This document shows, piece after piece, positions 29,265-38,810 of a stretch of DNA of 64,000 bases (within the stretch, counting starts at the first letter, position 1; each line of letters starts with the position of its first letter). Under the pieces are notes generated by a model. That model saw only the letters and a list, made by a program, of their open reading frames with translations. It was not told the DNA's origin and did no database searches. Origin of the DNA: Salinispira sp. (GTDB lineage: Bacteria > Spirochaetota > Spirochaetia > DSM-27196 > Salinispiraceae); assembly GCA_965226555.1 (NCBI GenBank), contig CBDDDG010000001.1, forward strand, positions 224,001 to 288,000, given 5' to 3'. Position numbers and translations under genes: made by a program.

Positions 29265-29759
29265 ATGAATAGTAAACCGATTAGTCCCGATGCCGACACC
29301 GTGCTTTACCCGATCTTTGAGGATATTGTGAAATCGCATGGTTATGTTATTGGTTCCAAAACCAAAGGATATGTTCGATTCACCTCAAAAAAACTGGCTG
29401 AATACCTTCCCAAGGGAGATTCAAAGTCTGGCAATACATGGAAGCATAAAGAATTGTTTCTTTTTGAATTTGTGTTCCGACATAAACAGAATCCTAAGAG
29501 CATTAGCCTTAAAGCAGTAATTGGTCCCGGAAATGAGAAAATTGCCCAGAAAATTATGGACGCAGTGCGGGAATCGGAATTTTATAACTGGAAGCGACAT
29601 GAAGTATGGTGCACGTTTTATCGGAAGTTATTCCCCATTCCTCCGAAAGAGTTGGCAAATAAGAATACAGAGAAAATACGAAGTGAGCTTGAAGCACTCA
29701 TTACTGAGGCAAAACCTGATATTGATGGGGTAATTCGTTTAATTGAGGCACAATTCTGA
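29265..29759 (+). CDS. Hypothetical protein
   Basis: SD AGGAG and a 164-aa ORF; no confident family. Confidence 0.55.
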   Translation: MNSKPISPDADTVLYPIFEDIVKSHGYVIGSKTKGYVRFTSKKLAEYLPKGDSKSGNTWKHKELFLFEFVFRHKQNPKSISLKAVIGPGNEKIAQKIMDAVRESEFYNWKRHEVWCTFYRKLFPIPPKELANKNTEKIRSELEALITEAKPDIDGVIRLIEAQF

Positions 29760-29809
29760 CCAAAAAGGTCATTTGGTAGGATCAAGCTCAGGGCATATAG
29801 CCCCGTTTT

Positions 29810-31255
29810 TTAGAACCGCAACGCGTTGAGTTCCCAGTAGGCATCGGTTCCGTGTAGGGCTTCGTTTTCCTGTATGATGTCCCATGCGGTGCTTCCGTCT
29901 TCGGCCTGTAGCGTAGCATCAGCGCCAGCGTTCAGCAGGGCGGTAATGACATCGGGATTTTGGTTAAAAGTGGCAGCCACTATCAGGGGAGTCCATCCGT
30001 CTTCAGCCCGCGCATTAACATCAGCTCCGGCATTGGTGAGGGCGGTAATGACTTCAGGGTTTTGGTTAACACCGGCAGCAAACATCAGGGGAGTCCATCC
30101 CCATCCGTCTCCAGTCCGCGCATGAACATCAGCCCCAGCGTTCAGCAGGGCGGTAATGACATCGGGGTTTTGGTTACCACTGGCAGCAAACATCAGGGGA
30201 GTCACTCCGTCTTCAGTCCGCGCATTAACATCAGCTCCGGCATTGGTGAGGGCGGTAATGACTTCAGGGTTTGGGTTACCCAAGACAGCCACCATCAGGG
30301 GAGTTGATCCGTCTTCATTCCGCGCATTCACATCAGCCCCGGCATTTATGAGGGCGGTAATAATTTCGGGGTTTTGGTTATATCTGGCAGCAAACATCAG
30401 GGGAGTCACTCCGTTTTCAGCCCGCTCATGAACATCAGCCCCAGCATTGGTGAGGGCGGTAATGACATCGGGGTTTTGGTTATTAAATGCAGCATATATC
30501 AGGGCTGTCCCTCCCAATTCATTCCGCGCATGAATATCGGCTCCGGAATTTAGCAGAGTGATAATAATATCGGAGTTTTTATTATTCTTGGTAGCTAACA
30601 TCAGGGCTGTCTCCCCGAGATTATTCTGTGCATTAACATCAGCGCCTGCATTGAGGATGGTGGTGATGACATCGAGGTTAGCACTTTCAGCGGCAGCTAC
30701 CAAATCAGCATCAACAAAAGCATCAGCAAGATCATCAGCAGGCTCATCAGCAAGAGCATCAGCAGGCTCATCAGCAAGAGCATCAGCAGGCTCATCAGCA
30801 AGAGCATCAGCAAAACCATCAGTAAAAGCATCTTTGATGATATCGAGCATTTGGTTTTCACTGGCAGCCCACATCAGGGGAGTCCATCCGTCTTCATTCC
30901 GCGCATTCACATCAGCCCCGGCATTTATGAGGGCTGTGATGACAAAGCGGTTTCCAGTATATTCGGTAGCAAATATCAGGGCGGTGTTTCCGTTTACATC
31001 CCGCGCATTCACATCTATGCTTCCCGTGCTCAGTGCCTGCTGTATTTCTTTAGGTGATGTGCTTGTCCAGTATTCCTCGGTAGCCCATTCTTGTTCGGAT
31101 AGCACATCCTGCGTTTCACGAGAAGATACATTTGTTTGATCTTCATTGGCAGTCCATTCCTGCTCAGCCGTGGAATTGCCTGCCGTTGTCATGCATGAGC
31201 TTATTACGACCATTGTCAGTAATAGCGCTGAAATGTACGGGGTAATTTTCGCCAT
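29810..31255 (-). CDS. Ankyrin-repeat lipoprotein
   Basis: Lipobox ISSC; about 9 GxTPLMxAA..N.NPxVITALxNAGADVNA repeats. Confidence 0.92.
   Translation of the reverse strand: MAKITPYISALLLTMVVISSCMTTAGNSTAEQEWTANEDQTNVSSRETQDVLSEQEWATEEYWTSTSPKEIQQALSTGSIDVNARDVNGNTALIFATEYTGNRFVITALINAGADVNARNEDGWTPLMWAASENQMLDIIKDAFTDGFADALADEPADALADEPADALADEPADDLADAFVDADLVAAAESANLDVITTILNAGADVNAQNNLGETALMLATKNNKNSDIIITLLNSGADIHARNELGGTALIYAAFNNQNPDVITALTNAGADVHERAENGVTPLMFAARYNQNPEIITALINAGADVNARNEDGSTPLMVAVLGNPNPEVITALTNAGADVNARTEDGVTPLMFAASGNQNPDVITALLNAGADVHARTGDGWGWTPLMFAAGVNQNPEVITALTNAGADVNARAEDGWTPLIVAATFNQNPDVITALLNAGADATLQAEDGSTAWDIIQENEALHGTDAYWELNALRF
30721..30812. repeat. 24-bp tandem repeat (ADEPADAL) inserted in an ankyrin repeat
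   Basis: gcatcagcaggctcatcagcaaga about 3.5 times. Confidence 0.9.
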
Positions 31256-31392
31256 TGTATTCTCCTAAAAAGGTAATTGCGTGTATGGTACCATGTTTTG
31301 CCAAGCATGTACAATGGGTATTCTGGTGGGAAATAAACCTTGCGGTTGCACCGCTCTTGCAGAGGGCAGGATTTTTGGCTATCATATGTGCT

Positions 31393-31529
31393 ATGAAACA
31401 TATCCACGATTCAGGGCGGCACATAATTTATGACGGCGACTGTTTAACGCAGTTGCAAAAAGTCGCGGCAGATACGGTGCATTTGACTTATCTCGATCCG
31501 CCATTCAATCAAGGAAAGTTTTACGCTGC
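31393..31529 (+). pseudogene. N-terminal stub of a DNA methyltransferase
   Basis: MKHIHDSGRHIIYDGDCLTQLQKVAADTVHLTYLDPPFNQG then an abrupt switch to Fn3 sequence. Confidence 0.75.
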
Positions 31530-32771
31530 TTGCCCGATGACGGCGGTAGCGCCATTACAGGGTATCACCTTCGCCATAGCGCGGACGGCGGAACCTCATG
31601 GACGGAAATTACCTCCGGCATCACCGGCACAAGCTACACCATTACGGGGCTGACAAACGGTACCACCTACGATGTGCAGGTGCGCGCCGCCAACGCGCAG
31701 GGTGAAAGCGACTGGTCCGCAACAGCAATGCTGCCGCTACCGGTTCCGGTTTTTGCAACGCAGGTTCCTTCTGGTACGGCAGCGTCCGTTGTTCTTTCGA
31801 CTGCTATCGATACCAAGATTGTCACTGAGAATCTCACTGTTTCTTTGGCTCCGGTTACTTCCGCTGCCTCAACGGTTACCCTGCCGACAGTTACTGCGAG
31901 TACCGGACTTATTACGGTTACCGCAACGACAACTGCCGGAACATATGTGGTATCCGGCGCAACCGGAGGGGGAACTGAACGGTTTTCCGAATATTTCCAT
32001 GTTACCGTGAGTCCTGCTGATAACGCTGCACTGGACACACAGGTAACTGCGGGAATAACAGCCTGGGGTAATACTGCTAACCTCAACTACATTCTTACCG
32101 CGGCAGTAACGGATATGACCGAAGTGTTCAAGAATAAAGGTTCATTCAATGGCGATATCTCTGGCTGGGATGTCAGTAAGGTAACGGATATGTCGGATAT
32201 GTTCAAGGGCGCAAACGTATTTAATCAGAATATCTCTGGCTGGGATGTCAGCTCGGTAACGGATATGTCGGATATGTTCAGGGACGCAAACGTATTTAAT
32301 CAGAATATCTCTGGCTGGACTGTCAGCTCGGTAACGGATATGTCGGGGATGTTCAGGGACGCACACGCATTCAATCAGGATCTTACGAACTGGACTGTCA
32401 GCTCGGTAACGAATATGAACAATATGTTCATTTATGCACGCACATTCAATGGCGATATCTCGAACTGGGATACCGGCGCGGTAACAACTATGGCACAGAT
32501 GTTCAATGGTGCAAGCGTATTCAATAACGATATCTCCGGTTGGAATGTCAGTAAGGTAGAGAATATGTACTGGATGTTCTATCAAGCAAGCGGATTCAGT
32601 CAAAATCTTAACGACTGGGCCTATAATAACTCGGTTAACCCTCCTGTTACATGGAAGACTAGTGATGGTGGTGGTAAATGGAATAATGGCAGATATGAAG
32701 GAATCAAAACAGCTATGTTTAGTAATTCCGGTGTGAACACCGCGAATGGGAATGTGCCCTCATGGTATTAG
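31530..32771 (+). pseudogene. 5'-truncated Fn3 + DUF285/BspA-like surface protein
   Basis: Starts mid-Fn3 (PDDGGSAITGY); 25-aa FNxDISGWDVSxVTDMxxMF repeats; paralog of 50615-52738 lacking signal peptide. Confidence 0.75.
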
Positions 32772-32892
32772 GAGCAGTTTCATAGCCCGCAGCGGCTATT
32801 GAAACGTTGCGATTCAACTTGGGCAGGCGCGGATTTTCCCCGGACGCATGGCGAGCAGGAGGCGCAAGCCTCCGACCAGCCCCGCGCCTGCC
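32761..32892 (+). repeat. Conserved 3' module of DUF285 genes: bulged hairpin plus GC-rich repeat
   Basis: Near-identical to 52728-52839; hairpin gcagtttcatagcc..ggctattgaaacg; ggcaggcgcgg..ccgcgcctgcc encloses the GC-rich repeat. Confidence 0.85.
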
Positions 32893-33684
32893 TTTTTTCG
32901 ATTGCTCGCCATACGTGCACTGGTCACATAATAAAATCCCGAAAAAATAGAAGAAACTTTTCCAATGCAAAAGTTTCAGAACTCATAAGTTCCTGTTTGC
33001 CGATGCTGAATCCATATATCAACTGCTGCAATTTGTCGATGATGACTGGATCACCTCTATTCGCCCTGAGAACATTACGATTGTGAGCAACGAGTTCATC
33101 GCTCGGGAGCTCGGAGGCAAAAAGCTGACGAAGCTCATGCGCAAAATATCGGATATCGTTGCGAAAATTTCCTTCCGATACGGGAACAAGAATGAAGAGA
33201 AAACCGTCTATATCATTCTGGAACATCAATCGACTGTCGATTATTCCATGCGCAGGCGCCTATTCGTATACACCGATATGCTCGAACAGCATATTCGGAA
33301 TTCGAAAACGTACCAACATCATTGGGTATACCCCATTGTTCTGTACACGGGAATGCGGAAATGGCCGCAGATCGCGACGGAAGAAACGCGGGCTGGGATT
33401 CCCCCGATCGCATATCGCCAAATCTTTGAGTATCCTGTTATTGATGTGCATAGGCTCCCGCATGAGAAGCTCCTCAGGTACACTGGTCGTGTGGCTGCCT
33501 ATTTTTACCTTGCGCGCTACAACAAAGATTTAAAGAATGAGGATAATTGCGCTGAATTCACGAAGAATCTTTTGAACATTCTCCAGCATGACACTGGCGA
33601 AAAGGTGAAGGAATCCTTGCTCATTATGAGCGATGTGCTCTATAATACACACATCTCAGAGACGAACGTTAACGATTACACTAT

Positions 33685-35408
33685 GAGCCTGTCGTACATA
33701 AATACCTCATGTTGTTTGATGTGAGTCGATGGATGTGGGAATGATGGTGGGAATGAGTATTGCCGTCAGTTATCGCGTTGTTTTCTTCAGGCGCGGGGTG
33801 GCATCGTGAACCCATTCGCGCTTCGATGATGCCAGTTGGAACTATGCGCGGGCGCAACGGGGGGAGTTTTTCTATTATCCATAGGTCATTTTCAGTCGAT
33901 GAAGTCTCTTGCAATTATAAGCCAACGCGACAAGTTCCCATTCACTCGTAACATGTGCAAGGCCTCTGTGGAGAAATTGTCGAAATCCCATGCACTGCTT
34001 AATAATCCCGAATACCGGTTCCACCGTCTGCTTCCTGCGGGCATAGAGTTTTCGGTTCTCGGACTTCTGAAATTTGGCGTTCATATCTTTTATCCATGGC
34101 TTGGATTCTTTTGGAGGCGTGGTGTTGGCCTTCTTCTCTTCCGGTCGATAGTCGTATTCTCGCGGATTATGTGTCTCTTCAGCCCGAACAGACACCAGAA
34201 CATCTATCCCCATTTCTTCCTCTACTGTTTTCACTTCATCGCCATTGACAAAGCCCGCGTCAGCAAGCGCTCGCTCGGGCTTCCCGACATCTGGGGGAAC
34301 AGAGAGACAATCGTTTACCAGTTCATTCCGGTCAGATGAACACTGGGAAACACGCGTCCCGACAATTAATTGCGTGCCATCGGCATCGACTACCGCCTGA
34401 GCATTATAGGCCTGCTGTGTTCCCGATCCCTTTGTCATAATACGGCTGTCAGGATCAGTGTTGTTGCATGCCTGCTCGCCCTTCGGCAGAATCTCCTGCG
34501 CCTTCGCTGAAATGTCTTCAGGATCATCATCGGCAAAAAGTGTTTTCTGTCCGTCCGCAGGCGGGATCGCCCGATCAGGAGGCCCTTCGCTCTGAGCGTC
34601 TGTCTTCGCTCCCCCGCCGGGGGAAACATCTTCCGTATCATTTGCTCCATCTTTTTTCTCCGCTTTCTCCTGTTCTCTTTCCTCGCGGACACGCGCGCGT
34701 CTTTCCACTTCAGCTCGCGCATGGATCATCTTTTCGCGGAGTTTCTGCCTTCGGGCAATCTCCTGTGGTAATCTGTTCGCATCCTCATCGTCTGCGGTAT
34801 CGGCCGCTTCTGCCTCCACTAACAATTTCTGAATGTCCTCATCAAGCCGTTTCTCCAGCTCCTCAGCCCGATCATAGCTCACATTTTCGAATTTACTCGC
34901 ATTGGCTTTAATGTGTGTCCCATCTATACTGACCGTCCCGACCTTCAGAATGCCTATCTCTTTGGCAAGCAGCAGAATACGGATAAACGCTTTGTGTATC
35001 GCTTCTGTATTTTTTCGGCGAAAGCGACAAATAGTATCGTGATCGGGATGCGTGTTGCCGGTCAGATAGAGCGCACAGATATTCTCGTACGTTGACCGTT
35101 CTATCCGGCGACTGCTAAATCGTCCTTCCGTGTAGCTATATATCAGCAAGGCAAGCATCATTTTCGGATGATATTGCTCGCTCCCGCTTCCCCGCCTATT
35201 GATATGAAAAACGGTACTGTCTATGGTGCTTACCGCTTCGTTAATAAAATTGACCAGATGATCTTCGGGAACCCAATCTCTCATATCAAGAGGCATCAGG
35301 AATTGTTGATCTTGACTACATGACTTAAATCGTTGCATGAAAAAACTATATCAGATTCTCCAATCAAACGCAATATCACTATCAACCCGGGTAAAGTCCG
35401 ACAGGCTC
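33685..35408 (-). mobile_element. IS1182-family insertion sequence, 1724 bp, with 4-bp target duplication CTAT
   Basis: Terminal IRs GAGCCTGTCG(t/g)AC; CTAT at 33681-33684 and 35409-35412. Confidence 0.92.
33875..35338 (-). CDS. IS1182-family DDE transposase
   Basis: DUF772 N-terminus (VPEDHLV, YHPKMM, PDHDTICRFR), IDGT, TDPD, YNAQ, ADAG, RKQTVEPVFGIIK. Confidence 0.95.
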   Translation of the reverse strand: MQRFKSCSQDQQFLMPLDMRDWVPEDHLVNFINEAVSTIDSTVFHINRRGSGSEQYHPKMMLALLIYSYTEGRFSSRRIERSTYENICALYLTGNTHPDHDTICRFRRKNTEAIHKAFIRILLLAKEIGILKVGTVSIDGTHIKANASKFENVSYDRAEELEKRLDEDIQKLLVEAEAADTADDEDANRLPQEIARRQKLREKMIHARAEVERRARVREEREQEKAEKKDGANDTEDVSPGGGAKTDAQSEGPPDRAIPPADGQKTLFADDDPEDISAKAQEILPKGEQACNNTDPDSRIMTKGSGTQQAYNAQAVVDADGTQLIVGTRVSQCSSDRNELVNDCLSVPPDVGKPERALADAGFVNGDEVKTVEEEMGIDVLVSVRAEETHNPREYDYRPEEKKANTTPPKESKPWIKDMNAKFQKSENRKLYARRKQTVEPVFGIIKQCMGFRQFLHRGLAHVTSEWELVALAYNCKRLHRLKMTYG

Positions 35409-35693
35409 CTATGAAGGAGGTAATTGATATGATTACAAAAGAAGGAATAGAAATACTGTTCCCGTGGCAACTGAGAATTTACAAAGAGGTCAAAGCCCAG
35501 GTCAAGCAGGAAACTCAGGAGGAAATACAGGAAGGTCGTCAAGAAGGTCGCGCGGAGGGGCATATTGAGGAGCGGAGAAAAAATGCCCGCAGTATGTTTT
35601 TGGAAGGGTTGTCGACAGAGGCTGTTCAGAGGATTACCGGGCTGAGCGATGAGGAAATGCGGACATTGCGGAACGGATCGCATTAATTGGACT

Positions 35694-35795
35694 TGCTCGC
35701 CATGCGTCCGGGCTGGTCGGAGGCTTGCGCCTCCTGCTCGCCATGCGTCCGGGCTGGTCGGAGGCTTGCGCCTCCTGCTCGCCATGCGTCCGGGG
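35694..35795. repeat. GC-rich 41-bp REP-like tandem repeat, about 2.4 copies
   Basis: ctcgccatgcgtccgggctggtcggaggcttgcgcctcctg units; related copies at 13681-13717, 32838-32882 and 52805-52839. Confidence 0.92.
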
Positions 35796-35854
35796 CGATT
35801 ATTGGGGAAGTTCTGTTTTATAAAGGTTTCAATATGTGTATACTATGTCCTTCG

Positions 35855-35928
35855 GCTCCGGTAGCTCAGCTGGATAGAGCAGCTGCCTCCTAAGCAGCAG
35901 GTCGGACGTTCGAATCGTCTCCGGGGCA
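35855..35928 (+). tRNA. tRNA-Arg(CCT)
   Basis: Acceptor GCTCCGG/CCGGGGC, D arm AGCTCAGCTGGATAGAGC, anticodon loop CTCCTAA, GTTCGAATC; TGTATACT -10-like element upstream. Confidence 0.95.
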
Positions 35929-35990
35929 AAAATTTCCGGGCAGATAGCGGCAGATAGTTTCCGGGGGAATGTATATCATCTGAAGACCTT

Positions 35991-37010
35991 ATGAACAATG
36001 TTGAACCGCGAACCCAACTTCCATACGGAGTTTCCCGCTATTACGCATCGTTGGCTGTCAGCAGCGACCCCGAAAAGGATCCCATTGCGGCTCAGTACAT
36101 TCCCCGAAAAGAAGAAGGCATAACCCTTCCCTACGAAAGTCCTGACCCGATATCCGATGAAGACTATTCGGTGAGTCCGCGTGTCATTCATCATTACCAT
36201 GACCGCATACTCATTTTAGTGAATGACCGCTGCGCTACCTACTGTAGACATTGCTTCCGCCGACATTTTACCGGAAATGCCGATGGAAAAATAACCGAAG
36301 CAGAGTTGCGCGGCGCCTGCGACTACCTGCGAAATACACCCAAAGTACAGGAAATTCTGCTCAGCGGCGGAGACCCGCTCATGCTGAGCGATGTTGAATT
36401 GGAACACATTATTACCACACTGCGGAGAGCAGTTCCTGAGCGCGCTATACTTTTCCGTTTGGCAACACGAATGCCGGTGGTTCTGCCGTCGCGCATTACC
36501 CGCGATCTGGTAGATATGCTTATGGAAAGCAGCCGGAAAAACATATGGGTGGTGACCCATGCGAATCACCCGGCTGAGCTCAGCGGGGAATTCGCACAGG
36601 CTGCCGAACGCCTCATTGATAGAGGAATACCGATTCTTAACCAAGCGGTATTGCTGCGGAAAGTAAACAACTCCCCGGACATTCTGGAGACATTGTTCCG
36701 CGGGCTCATACAGCTGCGGATTAAACCCTATTATCTTTTTCAGGGTGATTTAGCTTCAGGAACTGCCCACTTCCGTACAAGCATAGAGGAGGGGCTGGAT
36801 ATTATGGATGAACTGCGCAGGCGCCTCTCGGGAATGGCGCTTCCCGTGTATGCTGTCGACCTTCCGGGCGGGGGCGGAAAAATCCCGCTCACTCGGGAAT
36901 CAATTCGGACAATACGAAACGGATATTATATTCTTCATGATCTTCAGGGACGGGAATACCCCTACCCCCGCGAGATTTCCCGAGAAATATCCCGAAAGTT
37001 GCCTCTATAA
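35991..37010 (+). CDS. KamA/EpmB family radical SAM lysine 2,3-aminomutase
   Basis: CATYCRHCFRR, LSGGDPL, HANHPAE, NQAVLL, PYYLFQGD, GGGGK. Confidence 0.9.
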   Translation: MNNVEPRTQLPYGVSRYYASLAVSSDPEKDPIAAQYIPRKEEGITLPYESPDPISDEDYSVSPRVIHHYHDRILILVNDRCATYCRHCFRRHFTGNADGKITEAELRGACDYLRNTPKVQEILLSGGDPLMLSDVELEHIITTLRRAVPERAILFRLATRMPVVLPSRITRDLVDMLMESSRKNIWVVTHANHPAELSGEFAQAAERLIDRGIPILNQAVLLRKVNNSPDILETLFRGLIQLRIKPYYLFQGDLASGTAHFRTSIEEGLDIMDELRRRLSGMALPVYAVDLPGGGGKIPLTRESIRTIRNGYYILHDLQGREYPYPREISREISRKLPL

Positions 37011-37037
37011 GAAACTTTGCGCGCAGCCTGCGGGCGC

Positions 37038-38384
37038 TTATTCTGTCGGTGGACGCGCCCCGGTCGCTAAGTCGTAGGCGTAAATTTTGTCATCGGTATC
37101 ATCCACTACCCACATTGTTGTGCCATTCGACCAGATACCGAATGACTCCCCAACAGTAGGTATGGCGATATCTTTTGATGAATCCCGTGATCCACCAGCC
37201 AACATGTACGTTTCAATTATTTTTTTGCTGTTATCTGCCACCCACATGCTTGTCCCATCCGACCAGATGCCCCGGGAATCACCCGTGGCAATAGTTTTAT
37301 TGCTATCGTACACGTACACCATGGAATTCGTATTATAGGTATAGGCAAAAATATATTCAGCAGCATTCGTATGTGATAACCATATCGTTTCTCCATTCGA
37401 CCAGATGTCTATGAACGACCTGCCATTAGCGAAACTCGGGGATGTAGAGATAGTTTTTCCAGATTCGTTTGCTTTGCTACTCATATTATAGGCATAGAGT
37501 TTTCCATCGGCGGAATTTATTACCCACATTGTTGTTCCATCCGACCAGATGCCGTAGGGGCTGGTATTTCCGGCAGCAGCAAGCGTGTTGAAATCTTTAT
37601 CCGCATCGCGTTCCTTAGTAATCATGTTGTAGGCATAGATTTTGTCATCGATATCATCCGACACCCACATCGTTCTTCCATCCGACCATATACCTTTGGG
37701 GTCAGTATTCCCGGCAGCGGCAAGCGTGGTGAAATCGTCTCGGTAAACACCTGCGGCAGTATAGCCATAGAGGTTATAGGACGTGCCGGTTATTCGGTGA
37801 ATGCCTTCAGCGTTAAAGCCTGCCGCGTTGTAGCCGTCTTTGTCGTAGCCATTCGAGTCGTATTCTGTGCCGTCGCTGCGAATGCCCGCAGCGTTAAAGC
37901 CTGCCGCGTTGTAGCCGTCTTTGTCGTAGCCATTCGAGTCGTATTCTGTGCCGTTGCGGTGATTGCCTTCGGCATCAAAACCCTCTCTGTTATACCCGGT
38001 CGAGTCATAGCCGTTTTTGTCATATCCGTCTGATGTATAGCCGTATTTGTCATAACCGTCCGGGGCGTATGGCGTGCCGGTGTCTCGGTGAATGCCAGAG
38101 GCGTTAAAGCCTACTGCGTCGTAGCCGTCTTTGTCATAGCCATTGGCATTAAAGCCTTCTGCGTTGTAACCAGCTACATTATAGCCGTCCGGGTCGTAGC
38201 GCGTGCCAGTGTCTTGATGAATGCCAGCATCATTAAAGCCGTTCGCATCGTACATTTCACAGGCCGTGAGAATTAATATCAGGGTAAACATGAAAAAGAT
38301 CCCACGCAGCAGCTGCGGGCTGAGAAAACGCTTTCCACTTTCCTTTTGTTTATTATCAGAAATCTGCATACACATATCCTCCAT
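37038..38384 (-). CDS. Lipoprotein with GYDxDGYN-type repeats and a WSDG/WSNG beta-propeller
   Basis: Lipobox LTAC; GYDKDGYNAAGFN repeats including an 81-bp-period duplication; GIWSDGxTMWV repeats. Confidence 0.8.
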   Translation of the reverse strand: MEDMCMQISDNKQKESGKRFLSPQLLRGIFFMFTLILILTACEMYDANGFNDAGIHQDTGTRYDPDGYNVAGYNAEGFNANGYDKDGYDAVGFNASGIHRDTGTPYAPDGYDKYGYTSDGYDKNGYDSTGYNREGFDAEGNHRNGTEYDSNGYDKDGYNAAGFNAAGIRSDGTEYDSNGYDKDGYNAAGFNAEGIHRITGTSYNLYGYTAAGVYRDDFTTLAAAGNTDPKGIWSDGRTMWVSDDIDDKIYAYNMITKERDADKDFNTLAAAGNTSPYGIWSDGTTMWVINSADGKLYAYNMSSKANESGKTISTSPSFANGRSFIDIWSNGETIWLSHTNAAEYIFAYTYNTNSMVYVYDSNKTIATGDSRGIWSDGTSMWVADNSKKIIETYMLAGGSRDSSKDIAIPTVGESFGIWSNGTTMWVVDDTDDKIYAYDLATGARPPTE

Positions 38385-38404
38385 ACAGAATTATAGTATA
38401 AAGT
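38331..38404. repeat. 74-bp direct repeat, copy 1 (promoter/start and first 18 codons)
   Basis: Identical to 39698-39771. Confidence 0.95.
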
Positions 38405-38562
38405 ATAGGGAATCTCTGGAAACACGGGTATTTCACACTGTATCGCGGAAATAGCGTTTTTTTAAGCTCCACTGTGCTATAATATCATCCAAAAATTCGT
38501 TTGTGTCAAGCACTTTTGCTACTGGAAATTGCGCTTGCGCAATTTTCCAATGCAAAACTTTG

Positions 38563-38691
38563 TCTTGTTCTTTTCATACTTTTTCGGGGGGTTGCCTTAT
38601 CCTATCCCGACTGCAACCGATTGATCAAAAAACACATTCTCTGCATGTTGTAGACCACATCTCCCAAACCAATCTCAAACCTCGCTCTCTT
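38563..38691 (-). repeat. About 125-bp dispersed repeat (copy 2)
   Basis: Reverse complement of 13035-13156 with few differences. Confidence 0.9.
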
Positions 38692-38810
38692 ATTGTTGTA
38701 TTGTATCGTTCAACAAGAGTATTAAAAGCACCTTCAAATTCGTTTTGTGCTTTTCTTGATATATCATTGCGCAACCGATCAAATACGCGACGTTCCTGCA
38801 TAAAATTCAT
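38625..38810 (-). pseudogene. Truncated methyltransferase partner gene, probably a restriction endonuclease stub
   Basis: ATGA-coupled to the MTase stop; about 40 unique codons, then it runs into the dispersed repeat. Confidence 0.5.

Larger units (their letters stand above)
32978..35686 (+). pseudogene. Rpn/YhgA-like PD-(D/E)XK nuclease gene interrupted by IS1182
   Basis: HKFLF..., ISDIV, YIILEHQSTVDYSM..R, VYPIVLYTG..KW; removing the IS and one CTAT restores NDYTMKEVIDMITKEG in frame; EGRQEGRAEG..ARSM..ITGLS tail. Confidence 0.85.

Noticed and set aside
35694..35795. Possible mini-CRISPR array
   Set aside because: Head-to-tail identical 41-bp units with no unique spacers
35929..35970. Possible att-site duplication of the tRNA 3' end
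   Set aside because: Matches are only 6-8 bp and no integrase is nearby
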